Under the pieces are notes generated by a model that was given only the letters and a program-made list of their open reading frames with translations, was not told the origin of the DNA and did not search any database. Below are positions 42,249-52,588 of a stretch of DNA of 64,000 nucleotides, piece after piece. The translations under genes and the position numbers were made by a program. The stretch covers positions 391,147 to 455,146 of the forward strand of contig CALVKA010000002.1 in NCBI GenBank assembly GCA_944332475.1, read 5' to 3'. Position 1 is the stretch's first letter. Each line of letters begins with the position of its first letter. The stretch comes from an uncultured Bacilli bacterium (GTDB lineage Bacteria; Bacillota_I; Bacilli_A; RF39; UBA660).

Positions 42249-43316
42249 ATGATAGAAAGATTAGAGGCAACCTTAGAAAAATATAACCATCTTCAAGAAG
42301 AACTTACAAAACCAGAAGTGCTAAGTGATATAAAAAAAACTAAAGAATATTCAAAAGAGATGGCATCTCTTGAAGATGTTGTAAACTGTTATAAGAAATA
42401 TAAAAAAGTTTTATCAGAAATAGAAAGCACAAAAGAAATGACAAAGGATCCAGAATTAGGTGAGATGGCAAAAGAGGAATTAAAAGATTTAGAAGAAGAA
42501 AAAGAAAAATTAGACGGTGAATTAGAAATTTTATTAATTCCAAAGGATCCTAATGATGGTAAAAATGTAGTAATGGAAATTCGTGGAGCAGCAGGTGGAG
42601 ACGAAGCAAACATTTTTGCAGGTGACTTATTTAGAATGTATACAAGATATGCAGAAAAGAAAGGCTTTACTTATCAAGTATATAACTCAGTAGAAGGAAC
42701 CGCAGGTGGATATAGTCAAATTGAATTTATTGTAAAGGGAGCAAATGCCTATTCCTTATTAAAATATGAAAGTGGATCTCACAGAGTACAACGTGTTCCT
42801 GTTACAGAAGCTAATGGAAGGCTCCAAACTTCAACCGCAACAGTATTAGTAATGCCAGAAGCAGACGAAGACATTGAAATAGAAATAAATCCAAGCGATT
42901 TAAGAATAGACATTTATCGTTCCAGTGGTTGTGGTGGTCAAGGGGTTAATACAACAGATTCTGCAGTTAGAATTACCCATTTGCCAACCAACACGGTAGT
43001 AACATGTCAAAATGAGCGTAGTCAAATTCAAAACAAAGAACAAGCAATGAAAGTATTAAAAACAAGGCTATACGAAATGCAATTAAGAGAACAACAAGAA
43101 GAGATGGGAGCAGAAAGAAGAAGTAAAATCGGTACCGGAGATCGTGCTGAAAAAATAAGAACATATAACTATCCACAAAATCGAGTAACAGACCATAGAA
43201 TTGGATTTACAACGAAAAATCTAGATAGAGTTATGGATGGAGATTTAGATGATATTATTGATGCTCTAATTCAAGAAGATCAAAAAAGAAAATTACAAGG
43301 AGAAACAGAAGAGTGA
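42249..43316 (+). CDS. prfA: Peptide chain release factor 1
   Basis: GGQ motif (SGCGGQGVN) and a PVT tripeptide (RVPVTEANGR), the latter specific to RF1. Confidence 0.9.
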   Translation: MIERLEATLEKYNHLQEELTKPEVLSDIKKTKEYSKEMASLEDVVNCYKKYKKVLSEIESTKEMTKDPELGEMAKEELKDLEEEKEKLDGELEILLIPKDPNDGKNVVMEIRGAAGGDEANIFAGDLFRMYTRYAEKKGFTYQVYNSVEGTAGGYSQIEFIVKGANAYSLLKYESGSHRVQRVPVTEANGRLQTSTATVLVMPEADEDIEIEINPSDLRIDIYRSSGCGGQGVNTTDSAVRITHLPTNTVVTCQNERSQIQNKEQAMKVLKTRLYEMQLREQQEEMGAERRSKIGTGDRAEKIRTYNYPQNRVTDHRIGFTTKNLDRVMDGDLDDIIDALIQEDQKRKLQGETEE

Positions 43317-44149
43317 TGACCGTAGAAAATCTTCTGTTTTTTGCTAAACAGCACATTCATTCAGATCATGCAAAAATATTAGTGGCAGAATTATTAGGAT
43401 GTAATCCATTAGAACTATTCAATCATTTAGAAGATGAAATACCAGAAGAAAAAGTAGAATTGCTAAAAAAAGAAATAAAAGCATTAGAACAAAATAAGCC
43501 ATTACAATACGTCCTAGGTCATATCAATTTTTATGGAAATGATTTTTTAATTGATGAAAGAGTTCTAATTCCGAGGTTTGAAACAGAAGAATTAGTAGAA
43601 CATACCATAGAATATATAAAAAAGTTTTTCACAGAGCCTGTGGATATTATAGATTTAGGATGTGGAAGTGGTGTTATCGGCATAAGTTTGGAAAAAAAAA
43701 TATCCCCAAATTCTGTGGATTTAGTAGATATTAGCGAAGAAGCCTTACAAGTTACCCACAAAAACTGTGAAAAACTAAATTCAAAGGCAAATATAATTCA
43801 CAGTGATATGTTTTCAAACATAGAAAAAAAATATGATATTATTATTAGCAATCCTCCCTATATAAAAACAGAGGAGAAAATTGAAGATATAGTCAAAAAT
43901 AATGAACCACACATTGCCTTATATGCCGGGCAAGATGGTCTGGACTGTTATAGAAAAATATTAGAAAATATAAAACCACATATGAAAGAAAAATGCTTAA
44001 TTGCATTTGAAATAGGTATGACGCAGGCAGAAGATATTAAAAAACTAGTAGATCAATACTTACCTAATACAGAAGTAGAACTGAAACAAGACCTATCAGG
44101 AAAAGATAGAATGTTCTTTATTTTTTCAGGAATAGAAAAAAATGAATAA
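43313..44149 (+). CDS. prmC: Release factor glutamine N5-methyltransferase PrmC (HemK)
   Basis: SAM motif DLGCGSGVIGI and catalytic NPPY (IIISNPPYI). Overlaps the prfA stop. Confidence 0.85.
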   Translation: MMTVENLLFFAKQHIHSDHAKILVAELLGCNPLELFNHLEDEIPEEKVELLKKEIKALEQNKPLQYVLGHINFYGNDFLIDERVLIPRFETEELVEHTIEYIKKFFTEPVDIIDLGCGSGVIGISLEKKISPNSVDLVDISEEALQVTHKNCEKLNSKANIIHSDMFSNIEKKYDIIISNPPYIKTEEKIEDIVKNNEPHIALYAGQDGLDCYRKILENIKPHMKEKCLIAFEIGMTQAEDIKKLVDQYLPNTEVELKQDLSGKDRMFFIFSGIEKNE

Positions 44150-44204
44150 TTTTTGAATAAGAATCGAGCATTTCTCTCACTATAGAATTGAAAGGAAGAG
44201 AGAA

Positions 44205-44723
44205 ATGAAAAAAGCAATTGTCATTTTGGCTATCATAATAACCATATTAGCTATAAATAAAGAAGATAAAATAGTAATTCCCAAAGATGCGATTCGTTTT
44301 AGAGTTATTGCCAATAGCAATGAAGAACAAGATCAATCTATAAAAAAAGAAGTCGTAGAAAACTTAAATGGAGAAATCAGAAAACTGACGATTTTAGACA
44401 CCTCATTAGAAAATTCTAGAAAAAATATAAAAAACAGAATACCAGAATTTTCTAAAATTGTTGCCAAAACTTTAGAAAACAACAAAATAGATCAACCCTA
44501 TACCATAGATTATGGCATGAATTATTTTCCAGAAAAAGAATATAAAGGAATAATATATGAAGAAGGAGAATATGAATCTCTTGTCATTACATTAGGAAAT
44601 GGAAAAGGAGACAATTTCTGGTGTGTGCTATTTCCTCCATTATGTTTGCTAGATACAGAAACAGATTCCGAAAATGTAGAATATACCTCTTTTGTAAAAG
44701 AATTGATAGACAAGTATTTTTAA
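44205..44723 (+). CDS. spoIIR: Stage II sporulation protein R (SpoIIR), the sigma-E processing signal
   Basis: Signal/TM N-terminus, IRFRVIANSNEEQDQSIKKEV and GKGDNFWCVLFPPLC, matching the conserved SpoIIR blocks (RxHVIANSD...; NWWCVLFPP). Confidence 0.8.
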   Translation: MKKAIVILAIIITILAINKEDKIVIPKDAIRFRVIANSNEEQDQSIKKEVVENLNGEIRKLTILDTSLENSRKNIKNRIPEFSKIVAKTLENNKIDQPYTIDYGMNYFPEKEYKGIIYEEGEYESLVITLGNGKGDNFWCVLFPPLCLLDTETDSENVEYTSFVKELIDKYF

Positions 44724-44757
44724 TAAAGAAAAGAAATAGAATATATAAGGTGATAAT

Positions 44758-45291
44758 ATGAACCAAATCCTTATATATTTTTTTATGGCAATTGCTCTAA
44801 GTATGGACGCCTTCTCTTTAGCAATCGCCTATGGAACAACCGATATTCCTATTAGAAAAAAAGTAATCCTTAGTATAGCGGTAGGAATATTTCATTTTGT
44901 TATGCCACAATTAGGAGCCTATTTAGGAACAGAATTACTATTAAACTATATTGCAAAAGCAAATTATATAGTAGGAATTATTTTTATTATTCTAGGAATT
45001 GAAATGTTTGTATCACGAAACGATGAACATCAAGGTAATATAACTAATTTTCTTTCAATTATCATTTTCGCGTTCACGGTAAGTATTGATAGCTTCTCTG
45101 TGGGAATTGCTTTGTCATTAACAACCAAAACCATTATTACAGCCTGTTTAATATTTGCAATTACAAGTATGAGTTTTACTTTTCTAGGAATCAACCTAGG
45201 AAAAAAATTAGCTGAAAAATTCGAGAAAAAAGCAGAATATTTAGGAATACTAATACTAATTTTATTAGGTATTAAATATTTGTTTTTTTAG
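44758..45291 (+). CDS. mntP: Manganese efflux pump MntP
   Basis: Six TM helices with duplicated LSMDAF / SIDSFSVG motifs. Confidence 0.8.
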   Translation: MNQILIYFFMAIALSMDAFSLAIAYGTTDIPIRKKVILSIAVGIFHFVMPQLGAYLGTELLLNYIAKANYIVGIIFIILGIEMFVSRNDEHQGNITNFLSIIIFAFTVSIDSFSVGIALSLTTKTIITACLIFAITSMSFTFLGINLGKKLAEKFEKKAEYLGILILILLGIKYLFF

Positions 45292-45350
45292 TCTAGTAAA
45301 ACTTCATAATAAATGATAAAATGTAATCAAAATAAAGTAAGGAGAGTAGA

Positions 45351-46121
45351 ATGAAAAAAAACATTGTAATTGTAATTTTATTATTAGCAGTTATTGGATG
45401 TGCAGGGTATATTGGATATGATAAACTTTATTTAGAAAGACAAGACCAACAAGAAAATAAAGAAGAAACAAATCAACCAGAAGAAACACAAACAGAAGAG
45501 ATAAATACAGATAGTACATTTGTAGAAGATTTGGTAGGAAGATATGATTATTATTTTATCAGTGATACCAATCTAGAAAACATGTTGTACACAAACGATA
45601 CAACAACTCCAACAGAATTAACCGAAGACTTCATTAAACAAACAGCTACTTATGCCTACTATGCCATACCAAGAGGATTAAGTGGGACTTGGCAACAAAC
45701 CTATAATTTTACAAGTGATGACTTAAAAGAGCAAGTAAGAAAATTATATGGTCCAGAGGTAACAATCACAGATAGTAGTTTTGATATGGACTGCGGAACA
45801 TATGAATATAATGCAGAAAATAATACATACACAAGAAATGAAGGTAGTGGTTGTGGAGGAACCAATAGCACCTATCTAACTAGAGAAATTGTTTCTGCAA
45901 CCCAGGAAGAGAATCAAATCATGATAGAAGTTGCCGTGGCAAGAGTCGATGTAGGTAACAACATAATATTAAATATGAATGATGAAGCAATTGGGGAATT
46001 AACAGCAGAAAATTTTGACATCTCTACAGCTTTAGAACAAGTAGATCACTTTATTTACCAGTTTAATTATGATGAAGAAAATCATAACTATTATCTTGCT
46101 ACAATTTCTAAAGTAAACTAA
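45351..46121 (+). CDS. Putative lipoprotein, unknown function
   Basis: Signal peptide with lipobox VIGC; acidic Q/E/T-rich linker; no recognisable family. Confidence 0.5.
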   Translation: MKKNIVIVILLLAVIGCAGYIGYDKLYLERQDQQENKEETNQPEETQTEEINTDSTFVEDLVGRYDYYFISDTNLENMLYTNDTTTPTELTEDFIKQTATYAYYAIPRGLSGTWQQTYNFTSDDLKEQVRKLYGPEVTITDSSFDMDCGTYEYNAENNTYTRNEGSGCGGTNSTYLTREIVSATQEENQIMIEVAVARVDVGNNIILNMNDEAIGELTAENFDISTALEQVDHFIYQFNYDEENHNYYLATISKVN

Positions 46122-46196
46122 GAAAGAGTAAATCTTTCTTTTTCTTTTGACAAACAATATAATATTGCTTATGATATATATGAAAGGTGGCATAAT

Positions 46197-47042
46197 ATGT
46201 TAGTAAACTTTAATGAAATATTATTGAATGCAAAAAAAGGAAAATATGCAGTTCCTCATCTTAATATAAATAATCTAGAATGGACCAAATATATTTTAGA
46301 AAAATGTAATGAATTACAAGTCCCAGTTATTTTAGGAGTAAGTGAGGGAGCAGCTAAATACATGGGTGGTTATCACGCAATAACAGGAATGGTAAAAGGA
46401 TTAATGGAAGATTTAAATATTACAATTCCTGTGTGTTTACACGTAGATCACGGAAGTAGTAAAGAAACATGTATAAAAGCAATTGATGCAGGATTCACAT
46501 CAGTCATGATTGATGCATCTCGTCATGAATTAGAAGAAAATATTCGTATTACAAAAGAAGTAGTAGAATATGCCCATGAAAGAGGAGTTAGTGTAGAAGC
46601 AGAAGTAGGACATATTGGTGGAACAGAAGATAATATTACATCTTCTGCAACCAATGCAACATTAGAAGACTGTTTAACGCTATATAATAATACTAAAATA
46701 GATGCTCTTGCACCAGCTTTAGGAAGTGTACATGGATTCTACAAAGGAGAACCAAATCTAGACTTCGAAACAATGAAGACAATTAATGAACAATTACCAA
46801 TTCCTCTAGTATTACATGGAGGAACAGGAATTCCAGATGATAAAATAAAAAAAGCAATTTCTTGTGGAATATCTAAAATAAATATTAATACAGATCTACA
46901 ATCTGTATGGAGCAAAGCAGTAAGAAAATTCCTAGAAGAAAACCAGGATGTTTATGATCCAAGAAAAATTATTGGTAGTGGAGAACAATCCATCAAAAAC
47001 AGAATTGAGGAAATTGTCACTCTATTCGGCACAAAACGATAA
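46197..47042 (+). CDS. fba: Fructose-bisphosphate aldolase, class II
   Basis: VPVILGVSEG...HVDHG...LHGGTG zinc-aldolase blocks. 281 aa. Confidence 0.85.
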   Translation: MLVNFNEILLNAKKGKYAVPHLNINNLEWTKYILEKCNELQVPVILGVSEGAAKYMGGYHAITGMVKGLMEDLNITIPVCLHVDHGSSKETCIKAIDAGFTSVMIDASRHELEENIRITKEVVEYAHERGVSVEAEVGHIGGTEDNITSSATNATLEDCLTLYNNTKIDALAPALGSVHGFYKGEPNLDFETMKTINEQLPIPLVLHGGTGIPDDKIKKAISCGISKININTDLQSVWSKAVRKFLEENQDVYDPRKIIGSGEQSIKNRIEEIVTLFGTKR

Positions 47043-47072
47043 AATATAGTAAAGCCATCAGGAGGGAAAAAG

Positions 47073-48326
47073 ATGAAAATAATGGAAATAGAAGGCAACC
47101 GTGAATTAAATGGAACAATCAGAGTTAGTGGTGCTAAAAACGCAACTGTTGCATTAATACCTGCTGCTATACTTACCGATGAAGAAGCAACCATTTGCAA
47201 TGTTCCAGAAATAACAGACACAGACGCTTTATGTGACATCTTAAATGAATTAAATGTGGATGTAAAAAGAGCCAGTGAAAGCATCGTAATTAATCCACAA
47301 AACATGAAAAATATTGAAATTGCCGAAAAATTTTCAAAAAAATTAAGAGCATCTTATTATTTTATGGGAGCATTATTAGGAAAATTTAAAAAAGCAGTTA
47401 TGTATTTTCCAGGAGGATGTTCCATAGGTGCAAGACCCATCGACCTACATTTAAAAGGCTTTGAAGCATTAGGTGCTAAGGTAACGAATGATAAAAACAA
47501 ATATATAGTAGAAGCAGAAGAATTGCAAGGAGCAAATATTTATTTAGACATTGCATCTGTAGGAGCGACAATTAATATTATGTTAGCAGCAGTAAAAGCA
47601 AAAGGTACAACCATAATTGATAATGCTGCAAAAGAACCTGAAATTGTCAATGTCGCTACCTTTTTAAATAATATGGGGGCAAAAATCAGTGGAGCAGGAA
47701 CTTCTACTATAAAAATAGAAGGAGTAGAAACACTTCATCAATGCTTTCATGAAGTAATACCGGATAGAATAGAAGCCGGAACCTATATTATTATAGGAGC
47801 ATTATGTGGAAAAAATTTAAAAATAGATAATATTATTCCAGAGCATGTAGACTCCCTATTATCCAAGTTAGAAGAAATAGGTACAGAGTTACAAATTGGA
47901 GCAGACTATGTAATTGTCTCGAAATCACATCACTATAAACCAACCACTATAAAAACAGCAGTCTATCCAGGTTTCCCTACAGACTTACAACAACCATTTA
48001 CAGTGTTGTTAACGCAATGTCATGGAAAATCAAAAGTGATGGAAACCATCTGGGAAAATCGTTTTATGCACATACCATATCTAAAAGATTTAGGAGCAGA
48101 TGTTACAGTAAAAAACCAGACAGCAACCATTATTGGACCAACCAAATTAACAGGAACCTCAGTAGTTGCAACCGATTTAAGAGCAGGAGCAGCAATGGTT
48201 GCTGCAGGACTATTAGCAGAAGGAAATACAACAATTGCGAATGTAGAACATATCTTAAGGGGATATGAACAAATTGTAGAAAAACTAACAAACGTAGGTG
48301 CTAAAATCCATATTAAAGAAATATAA
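47073..48326 (+). CDS. murA: UDP-N-acetylglucosamine 1-carboxyvinyltransferase
   Basis: VSGAKNA N-terminus, active-site Cys loop (FPGGCSIGARPIDLH) and a 417-aa EPSP-synthase fold. Confidence 0.9.
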   Translation: MKIMEIEGNRELNGTIRVSGAKNATVALIPAAILTDEEATICNVPEITDTDALCDILNELNVDVKRASESIVINPQNMKNIEIAEKFSKKLRASYYFMGALLGKFKKAVMYFPGGCSIGARPIDLHLKGFEALGAKVTNDKNKYIVEAEELQGANIYLDIASVGATINIMLAAVKAKGTTIIDNAAKEPEIVNVATFLNNMGAKISGAGTSTIKIEGVETLHQCFHEVIPDRIEAGTYIIIGALCGKNLKIDNIIPEHVDSLLSKLEEIGTELQIGADYVIVSKSHHYKPTTIKTAVYPGFPTDLQQPFTVLLTQCHGKSKVMETIWENRFMHIPYLKDLGADVTVKNQTATIIGPTKLTGTSVVATDLRAGAAMVAAGLLAEGNTTIANVEHILRGYEQIVEKLTNVGAKIHIKEI

Positions 48327-48361
48327 TGAAATAGTTATATTTCTTTTTTTATGGAGGCATT

Positions 48362-49081
48362 ATGATTAAAAAACACTACAAACTAATTATTTTTCTATTG
48401 ATTATCTTTACTATTTTTTTAATATATAAAGATAATCACATCAATTATTTTAATTATACTTCTCTAGGAGATGGATATGCCTTAGGAATAAATTCTTACG
48501 GAGTAGAAGAGTATGGATATAGTGATTTTATTCAAGAAAGGTTAAGAGAAAATAATAAGTTAAAATTATATACTAAGTCTTTTGCAGAGAAAGATCAATC
48601 GATAAATCGTCTTTATGAGTCAATAGTTACGAACGAAAAAAAGATAATAGATAACACAGAAAGGAACATAAGACAGATATTAAGAGAATCTGACTTAGTT
48701 ACCCTGACAATAGGATTAAATGATATAATTTATCAAATATCCATTACAGGAAATATCAATGAATATCAATTAAATAAGATAATAAATCAGACAGAAGAAG
48801 ATCTAACTAGATTAATAAAAGAAATAAAACAATATTATCCTAAAGATCTATATGTGATAGGCTATCCACAGATGCCAATTGAAAACAGTTATATAAAGGA
48901 GGGAGTAAAAAGATTAAATCAAATCTATAAAAAGATGGAGAACATCATATATATAGATACGACAAATATCATAGGCTATGAAGACTTTTTACAACCAACG
49001 TGCCTTTACCCAGGAAAGAAAGGATATTATAAAATTTCTGAAGAAGTAATAAAAAAACTTGCCAAAGATAAAAATAACTGA
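48362..49081 (+). CDS. Putative SGNH/GDSL-like hydrolase, membrane-anchored
   Basis: N-terminal TM. Block I SLGDGYALG has GDG in place of GDS. Block III LTIGLND. Weak assignment. Confidence 0.4.
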   Translation: MIKKHYKLIIFLLIIFTIFLIYKDNHINYFNYTSLGDGYALGINSYGVEEYGYSDFIQERLRENNKLKLYTKSFAEKDQSINRLYESIVTNEKKIIDNTERNIRQILRESDLVTLTIGLNDIIYQISITGNINEYQLNKIINQTEEDLTRLIKEIKQYYPKDLYVIGYPQMPIENSYIKEGVKRLNQIYKKMENIIYIDTTNIIGYEDFLQPTCLYPGKKGYYKISEEVIKKLAKDKNN

Positions 49082-49146
49082 TATACTAATAACGCTAGTT
49101 TAATTACTATGACTGAAAAGAAGTCATGGCGGAAGGAGAGATAAGA

Positions 49147-49365
49147 ATGAAAAAAGGAATTCATCCAGAAGTAAAAGACTGTACAGTAACTTGTGCATGT
49201 GGCGAAACTTTTACTTGTAAATCAACAAAAGATAGCATTACTGTTGAAGTATGTTCTAAATGTCATCCTTTCTATACAGGAAAACAAAGTAGAGCATCAC
49301 GTGCTGGACGTGTTGATAAATTTAACAAAAAATATGGATTTGACAAAAAAGAAACTGCTGAGTAA
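49147..49365 (+). CDS. rpmE: 50S ribosomal protein L31
   Basis: [22 protein letters not shown]...[10 protein letters not shown]. Start at 49147 with RBS GGAAGGAGAG. Confidence 0.9.
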   Translation: MKKGIHPEVKDCTVTCACGETFTCKSTKDSITVEVCSKCHPFYTGKQSRASRAGRVDKFNKKYGFDKKETAE

Positions 49366-49401
49366 TAGCAGTTTTTAATTTACACGAAAGTAGGAAGTAA
49401 T

Positions 49402-49962
49402 ATGATATTTGCTAGCAATAATGAAGGTAAAATAAAAGAGATAAAAGAAATCTTTCAAAAGGAAAAAATACAGTCATTACAAGAGAAAAAAATAAAAATA
49501 GAAATAAAAGAGGATGGACAAACATTTTATGAAAATGCTTTAAAAAAAGCAAAATCTATTTATGAAATAAAGAAGGAACCAGTATTAGCCGACGATTCTG
49601 GTTTAATCATCACAGAACTAAAAACATGGCCAGGCGTTTACACTAATAGATTTTTAGGAGAAAATAAAACAGATAGAGAAAAAAATATGGCTATTATCGA
49701 TGTTGTAAACAAAAAATGTCAAAGCAGAAAAGCAGAAGTAGTATGTGTACTGGTTTATTATGATGGAAAAAATATTGTTACTGGAGAAGGAAAGATAAAA
49801 GGAAATATTACAAAAGAACCCAGAGGAAAAAATGGATTTGGCTTTGATGAAATTTTCGAGTATAATAATAAGACATTAGCTGAGTTATCACCAACTGAAA
49901 AAAACAACCTATCTGCAAGAAAAATAGCAGCAGAAGAAATAAAGAGAAAGTTAGAAAGGTGA
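49402..49962 (+). CDS. rdgB: Non-canonical purine NTP pyrophosphatase (RdgB/Ham1 family)
   Basis: MIFASNNEGKIKE...DDSGL...FGFD Ham1 blocks. 186 aa. Confidence 0.75.
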   Translation: MIFASNNEGKIKEIKEIFQKEKIQSLQEKKIKIEIKEDGQTFYENALKKAKSIYEIKKEPVLADDSGLIITELKTWPGVYTNRFLGENKTDREKNMAIIDVVNKKCQSRKAEVVCVLVYYDGKNIVTGEGKIKGNITKEPRGKNGFGFDEIFEYNNKTLAELSPTEKNNLSARKIAAEEIKRKLER

Positions 49963-49966
49963 TGAT

Positions 49967-50587
49967 ATGTCCAAAATAGAAATACATAATCTACAAGAAC
50001 TGATACAACAAAATTATCCACAAGAAACAGTAGAAAAAATGTTACAACAAATATTGGTACTAAGTATGCAAGTCAAACAAGACTATCCTGATTATCGAAA
50101 TTGGTTTTTAAACACACAAGTACCAGGCTTATATGATAATACACGAAATATTATTATTGCACATATAAAAGAAAGAATTGTGGGCTTTGTTTCTCTAAAA
50201 AAGACAGAAGAAGAAAAAAAGATATGCACATTTTATGTGGAAAAAGGCTTTCGTCAAAATAAGATAGGAACAATTCTTGTGGAAAAAGCAATTGAATATT
50301 TAGAAGAAGATAAACCATTAATCACAATTCCTTTATCTAAACTCCATGAATTTATACGAATAGGAGAAAGACTTGGCTGGCAAATAACAGATATAAAAGA
50401 AAATTTATATCGAATAGGTATACCAGAAGTAATTGTAAACGGAGAACAACGAGAAAATGATTCATTACTTCTTCCAACCAAAAGCTTAAAGAAAACATGG
50501 AGAAAATATAAAATTGAAAAATGGAAACAACTATCAAAAAATATTACTATATTTAGAATAAAATCAAATAATAAAACATGTAATTAA
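49967..50587 (+). CDS. GNAT-family N-acetyltransferase (putative)
   Basis: Motif A-like VEKGFRQNKIGTILVEKAIEYL. 206 aa. Overlaps the rdgB stop. Confidence 0.45.
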   Translation: MSKIEIHNLQELIQQNYPQETVEKMLQQILVLSMQVKQDYPDYRNWFLNTQVPGLYDNTRNIIIAHIKERIVGFVSLKKTEEEKKICTFYVEKGFRQNKIGTILVEKAIEYLEEDKPLITIPLSKLHEFIRIGERLGWQITDIKENLYRIGIPEVIVNGEQRENDSLLLPTKSLKKTWRKYKIEKWKQLSKNITIFRIKSNNKTCN

Positions 50588-50696
50588 ATAAAAAGGTGAT
50601 ATAATAAAATCAGAGATATATAATGTAATATATTAAATATAAAGAATAAAAAGTCAATTTCAAATCTACAAAATAGAAAAGAGAAGAGGATAAAAC

Positions 50697-51158
50697 ATGA
50701 AAAAGAAATATTATAAAGTACCAGTTTATAAAGTGACCAACTTGAGATTTTATGTAGGTACAGCAGCACAATATCAAATGGAGAATATAGGGGATGTTAT
50801 TATAGAAAGAACAATCTTTACAGGATTTTTTACTCCCCCAAAAGAAATTTCTACGAACTACGACGGATTTTTACCTATGACACAATATTATCAATTTCGT
50901 CCTACGGTAGAAAATACACCAGATATTTATGCAACAAAAACAACCCCCAGAGCTATGAATGAAATGATTGATGAATTTGGATATGGCCTAGCAATTAATC
51001 AAATAGACTATTTCAACGAAGAAAACAGGGCAACATCAGAAGATATAATGAGGTATTTAGAAAATTCACAAAATTCTTTATTTTACCAGCTATATTCAGA
51101 TATGCAACGAATAGCAAGAGAAAAAGAACAAAACCAAGCAATAAAAAGGAGAAAATAA
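50697..51158 (+). CDS. Hypothetical protein
   Basis: 153 aa ORF whose stop overlaps the rpiB start. No recognisable family. Confidence 0.4.
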   Translation: MKKKYYKVPVYKVTNLRFYVGTAAQYQMENIGDVIIERTIFTGFFTPPKEISTNYDGFLPMTQYYQFRPTVENTPDIYATKTTPRAMNEMIDEFGYGLAINQIDYFNEENRATSEDIMRYLENSQNSLFYQLYSDMQRIAREKEQNQAIKRRK

Positions 51159-51604
51159 TGATTAAAATAGGAATAGCCAGTGACCATAGAGGTTACATAT
51201 TAAAAGAACAAATTATAGATCGATTAATGAATAAATATGATATTACAGATTGTGGAACAACATCACAAGACTCAGTAGATTACCCTGATTATGCATTTAA
51301 ATTAGGAAACTTAGTAGCAGATCAAGATGTAGATTTTGGTATTGCTATCTGTGGAACAGGAATTGGAATTAGTATAGCCTGTAATAAAGTAAAAGGTGTA
51401 CGTTGTGCAAAAGTAGAAAATATAGAAGAAGCAAAAGCAACTAGAATAGACAACGACGCAAATATTATCGCCTTTGGAGAAAAAATGCCGTTGGAAAAAG
51501 CACTTGAACTAATTAATGTGTTTATCACAACAGAAGCATCAACAGAAGCAAAACATGTTCGCCGTAGACAAAAAATTGCTCAATATGAGGAAGAACAATG
51601 TTAG
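51158..51604 (+). CDS. rpiB: Ribose-5-phosphate isomerase B
   Basis: MIKIGIASDHRGY...GIAICGTGIGISIA RpiB/LacAB blocks. 148 aa. Confidence 0.85.
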   Translation: MIKIGIASDHRGYILKEQIIDRLMNKYDITDCGTTSQDSVDYPDYAFKLGNLVADQDVDFGIAICGTGIGISIACNKVKGVRCAKVENIEEAKATRIDNDANIIAFGEKMPLEKALELINVFITTEASTEAKHVRRRQKIAQYEEEQC

Positions 51605-51795
51605 GGAAACTACTTCTATATATATTTGTAACAATCCTTGTTATTTGGGCAATGGACTCTGTTAATATTAATCAAATATTTAAAAAGAATCATGTTATGC
51701 AAGCTAGAATTTTTTACTTTTTATTAGGAATTTCACTAATTTATTTAGTTACCAATTTTTTAATGGATTTATTTACTACCTCAAAAATTTTTTAA
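51598..51795 (+). CDS. Small hypothetical membrane protein (65 aa, two predicted TM helices)
   Basis: Hydrophobic helices LLLYIFVTILVIWAM and FYFLLGISLIYLVTNFLM. Overlaps the rpiB stop by 7 nt. Coding status uncertain. Confidence 0.3.
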   Translation: MLGKLLLYIFVTILVIWAMDSVNINQIFKKNHVMQARIFYFLLGISLIYLVTNFLMDLFTTSKIF

Positions 51796-51816
51796 AAGGA
51801 GTATAAATCTTTTTTT

Positions 51817-52488
51817 TTGGTAAAAACTTATAATGAGGTGAAAAAAATGAAAAGAAGAAAATTAAAACCATACGTATTACCAACACTATTGCTTTTAGCT
51901 ATTACAAGTATTATCTTTGGAACGGCAATGATAACAAACAATTTGAAAGAAGAAAAACCAGATGATAGCCCTACAAGTTACGTTACAAGTACAATCCTAG
52001 AGGAAGAAGAACCTGTAATTAATGAAACAAAAACAATGATTAATCCATATACAGATACTACTGTAACAATTGGTAAAAACTACTATGACTATAAAGCAGA
52101 TGCAGAAACACAAGAAAAGTCAATCATTTATCATGACAACACATATATGCAAAACTCTGGTACAGACTTTGTAAGTGAGAATGTCTTTGATGTTGTAGCT
52201 GTACTAGATGGAAGCGTAACGGACGTAAAAGAAGATGATACATTAGGAAAAGTGGTAGAAATTAAACACGATAATGGATATATAAGCATTTATCAAAGCT
52301 TATCAGAAGTAAGTGTTAAAAAAGGTGATATGATAACTCAGGGACAAGTGATTGGGAAAAGTGGTACAAACGAATTAGATAAAGATATGGGGAATCATTT
52401 ACATTTTGAATTATATGTAAATGGACAAGTAGTAGACCCAGCACTTTATTTAAATAAAGAGTTAGAAACTTCCGAAAATAAAGAGTAA
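51817..52488 (+). CDS. Membrane-anchored M23/LytM-domain protein, SpoIIQ-like
   Basis: Single N-terminal TM; LytM domain with HLHFE motif intact, but no HxxxD in the first motif (YHDNTY). Lies directly upstream of mbl/mreB, as spoIIQ does in clostridial spoIID-spoIIQ-spoIIID-mbl clusters. Terminator at 52481-52502. Confidence 0.5.
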   Translation: MVKTYNEVKKMKRRKLKPYVLPTLLLLAITSIIFGTAMITNNLKEEKPDDSPTSYVTSTILEEEEPVINETKTMINPYTDTTVTIGKNYYDYKADAETQEKSIIYHDNTYMQNSGTDFVSENVFDVVAVLDGSVTDVKEDDTLGKVVEIKHDNGYISIYQSLSEVSVKKGDMITQGQVIGKSGTNELDKDMGNHLHFELYVNGQVVDPALYLNKELETSENKE

Positions 52489-52588
52489 TATACTCTTTTT
52501 TTCATAAAAGCAAAAAATATGAATATATTTTATTATAAAATGGCGATTTTATGATAAAATATTAATGACAGAAAAGGAAGTGACATAT

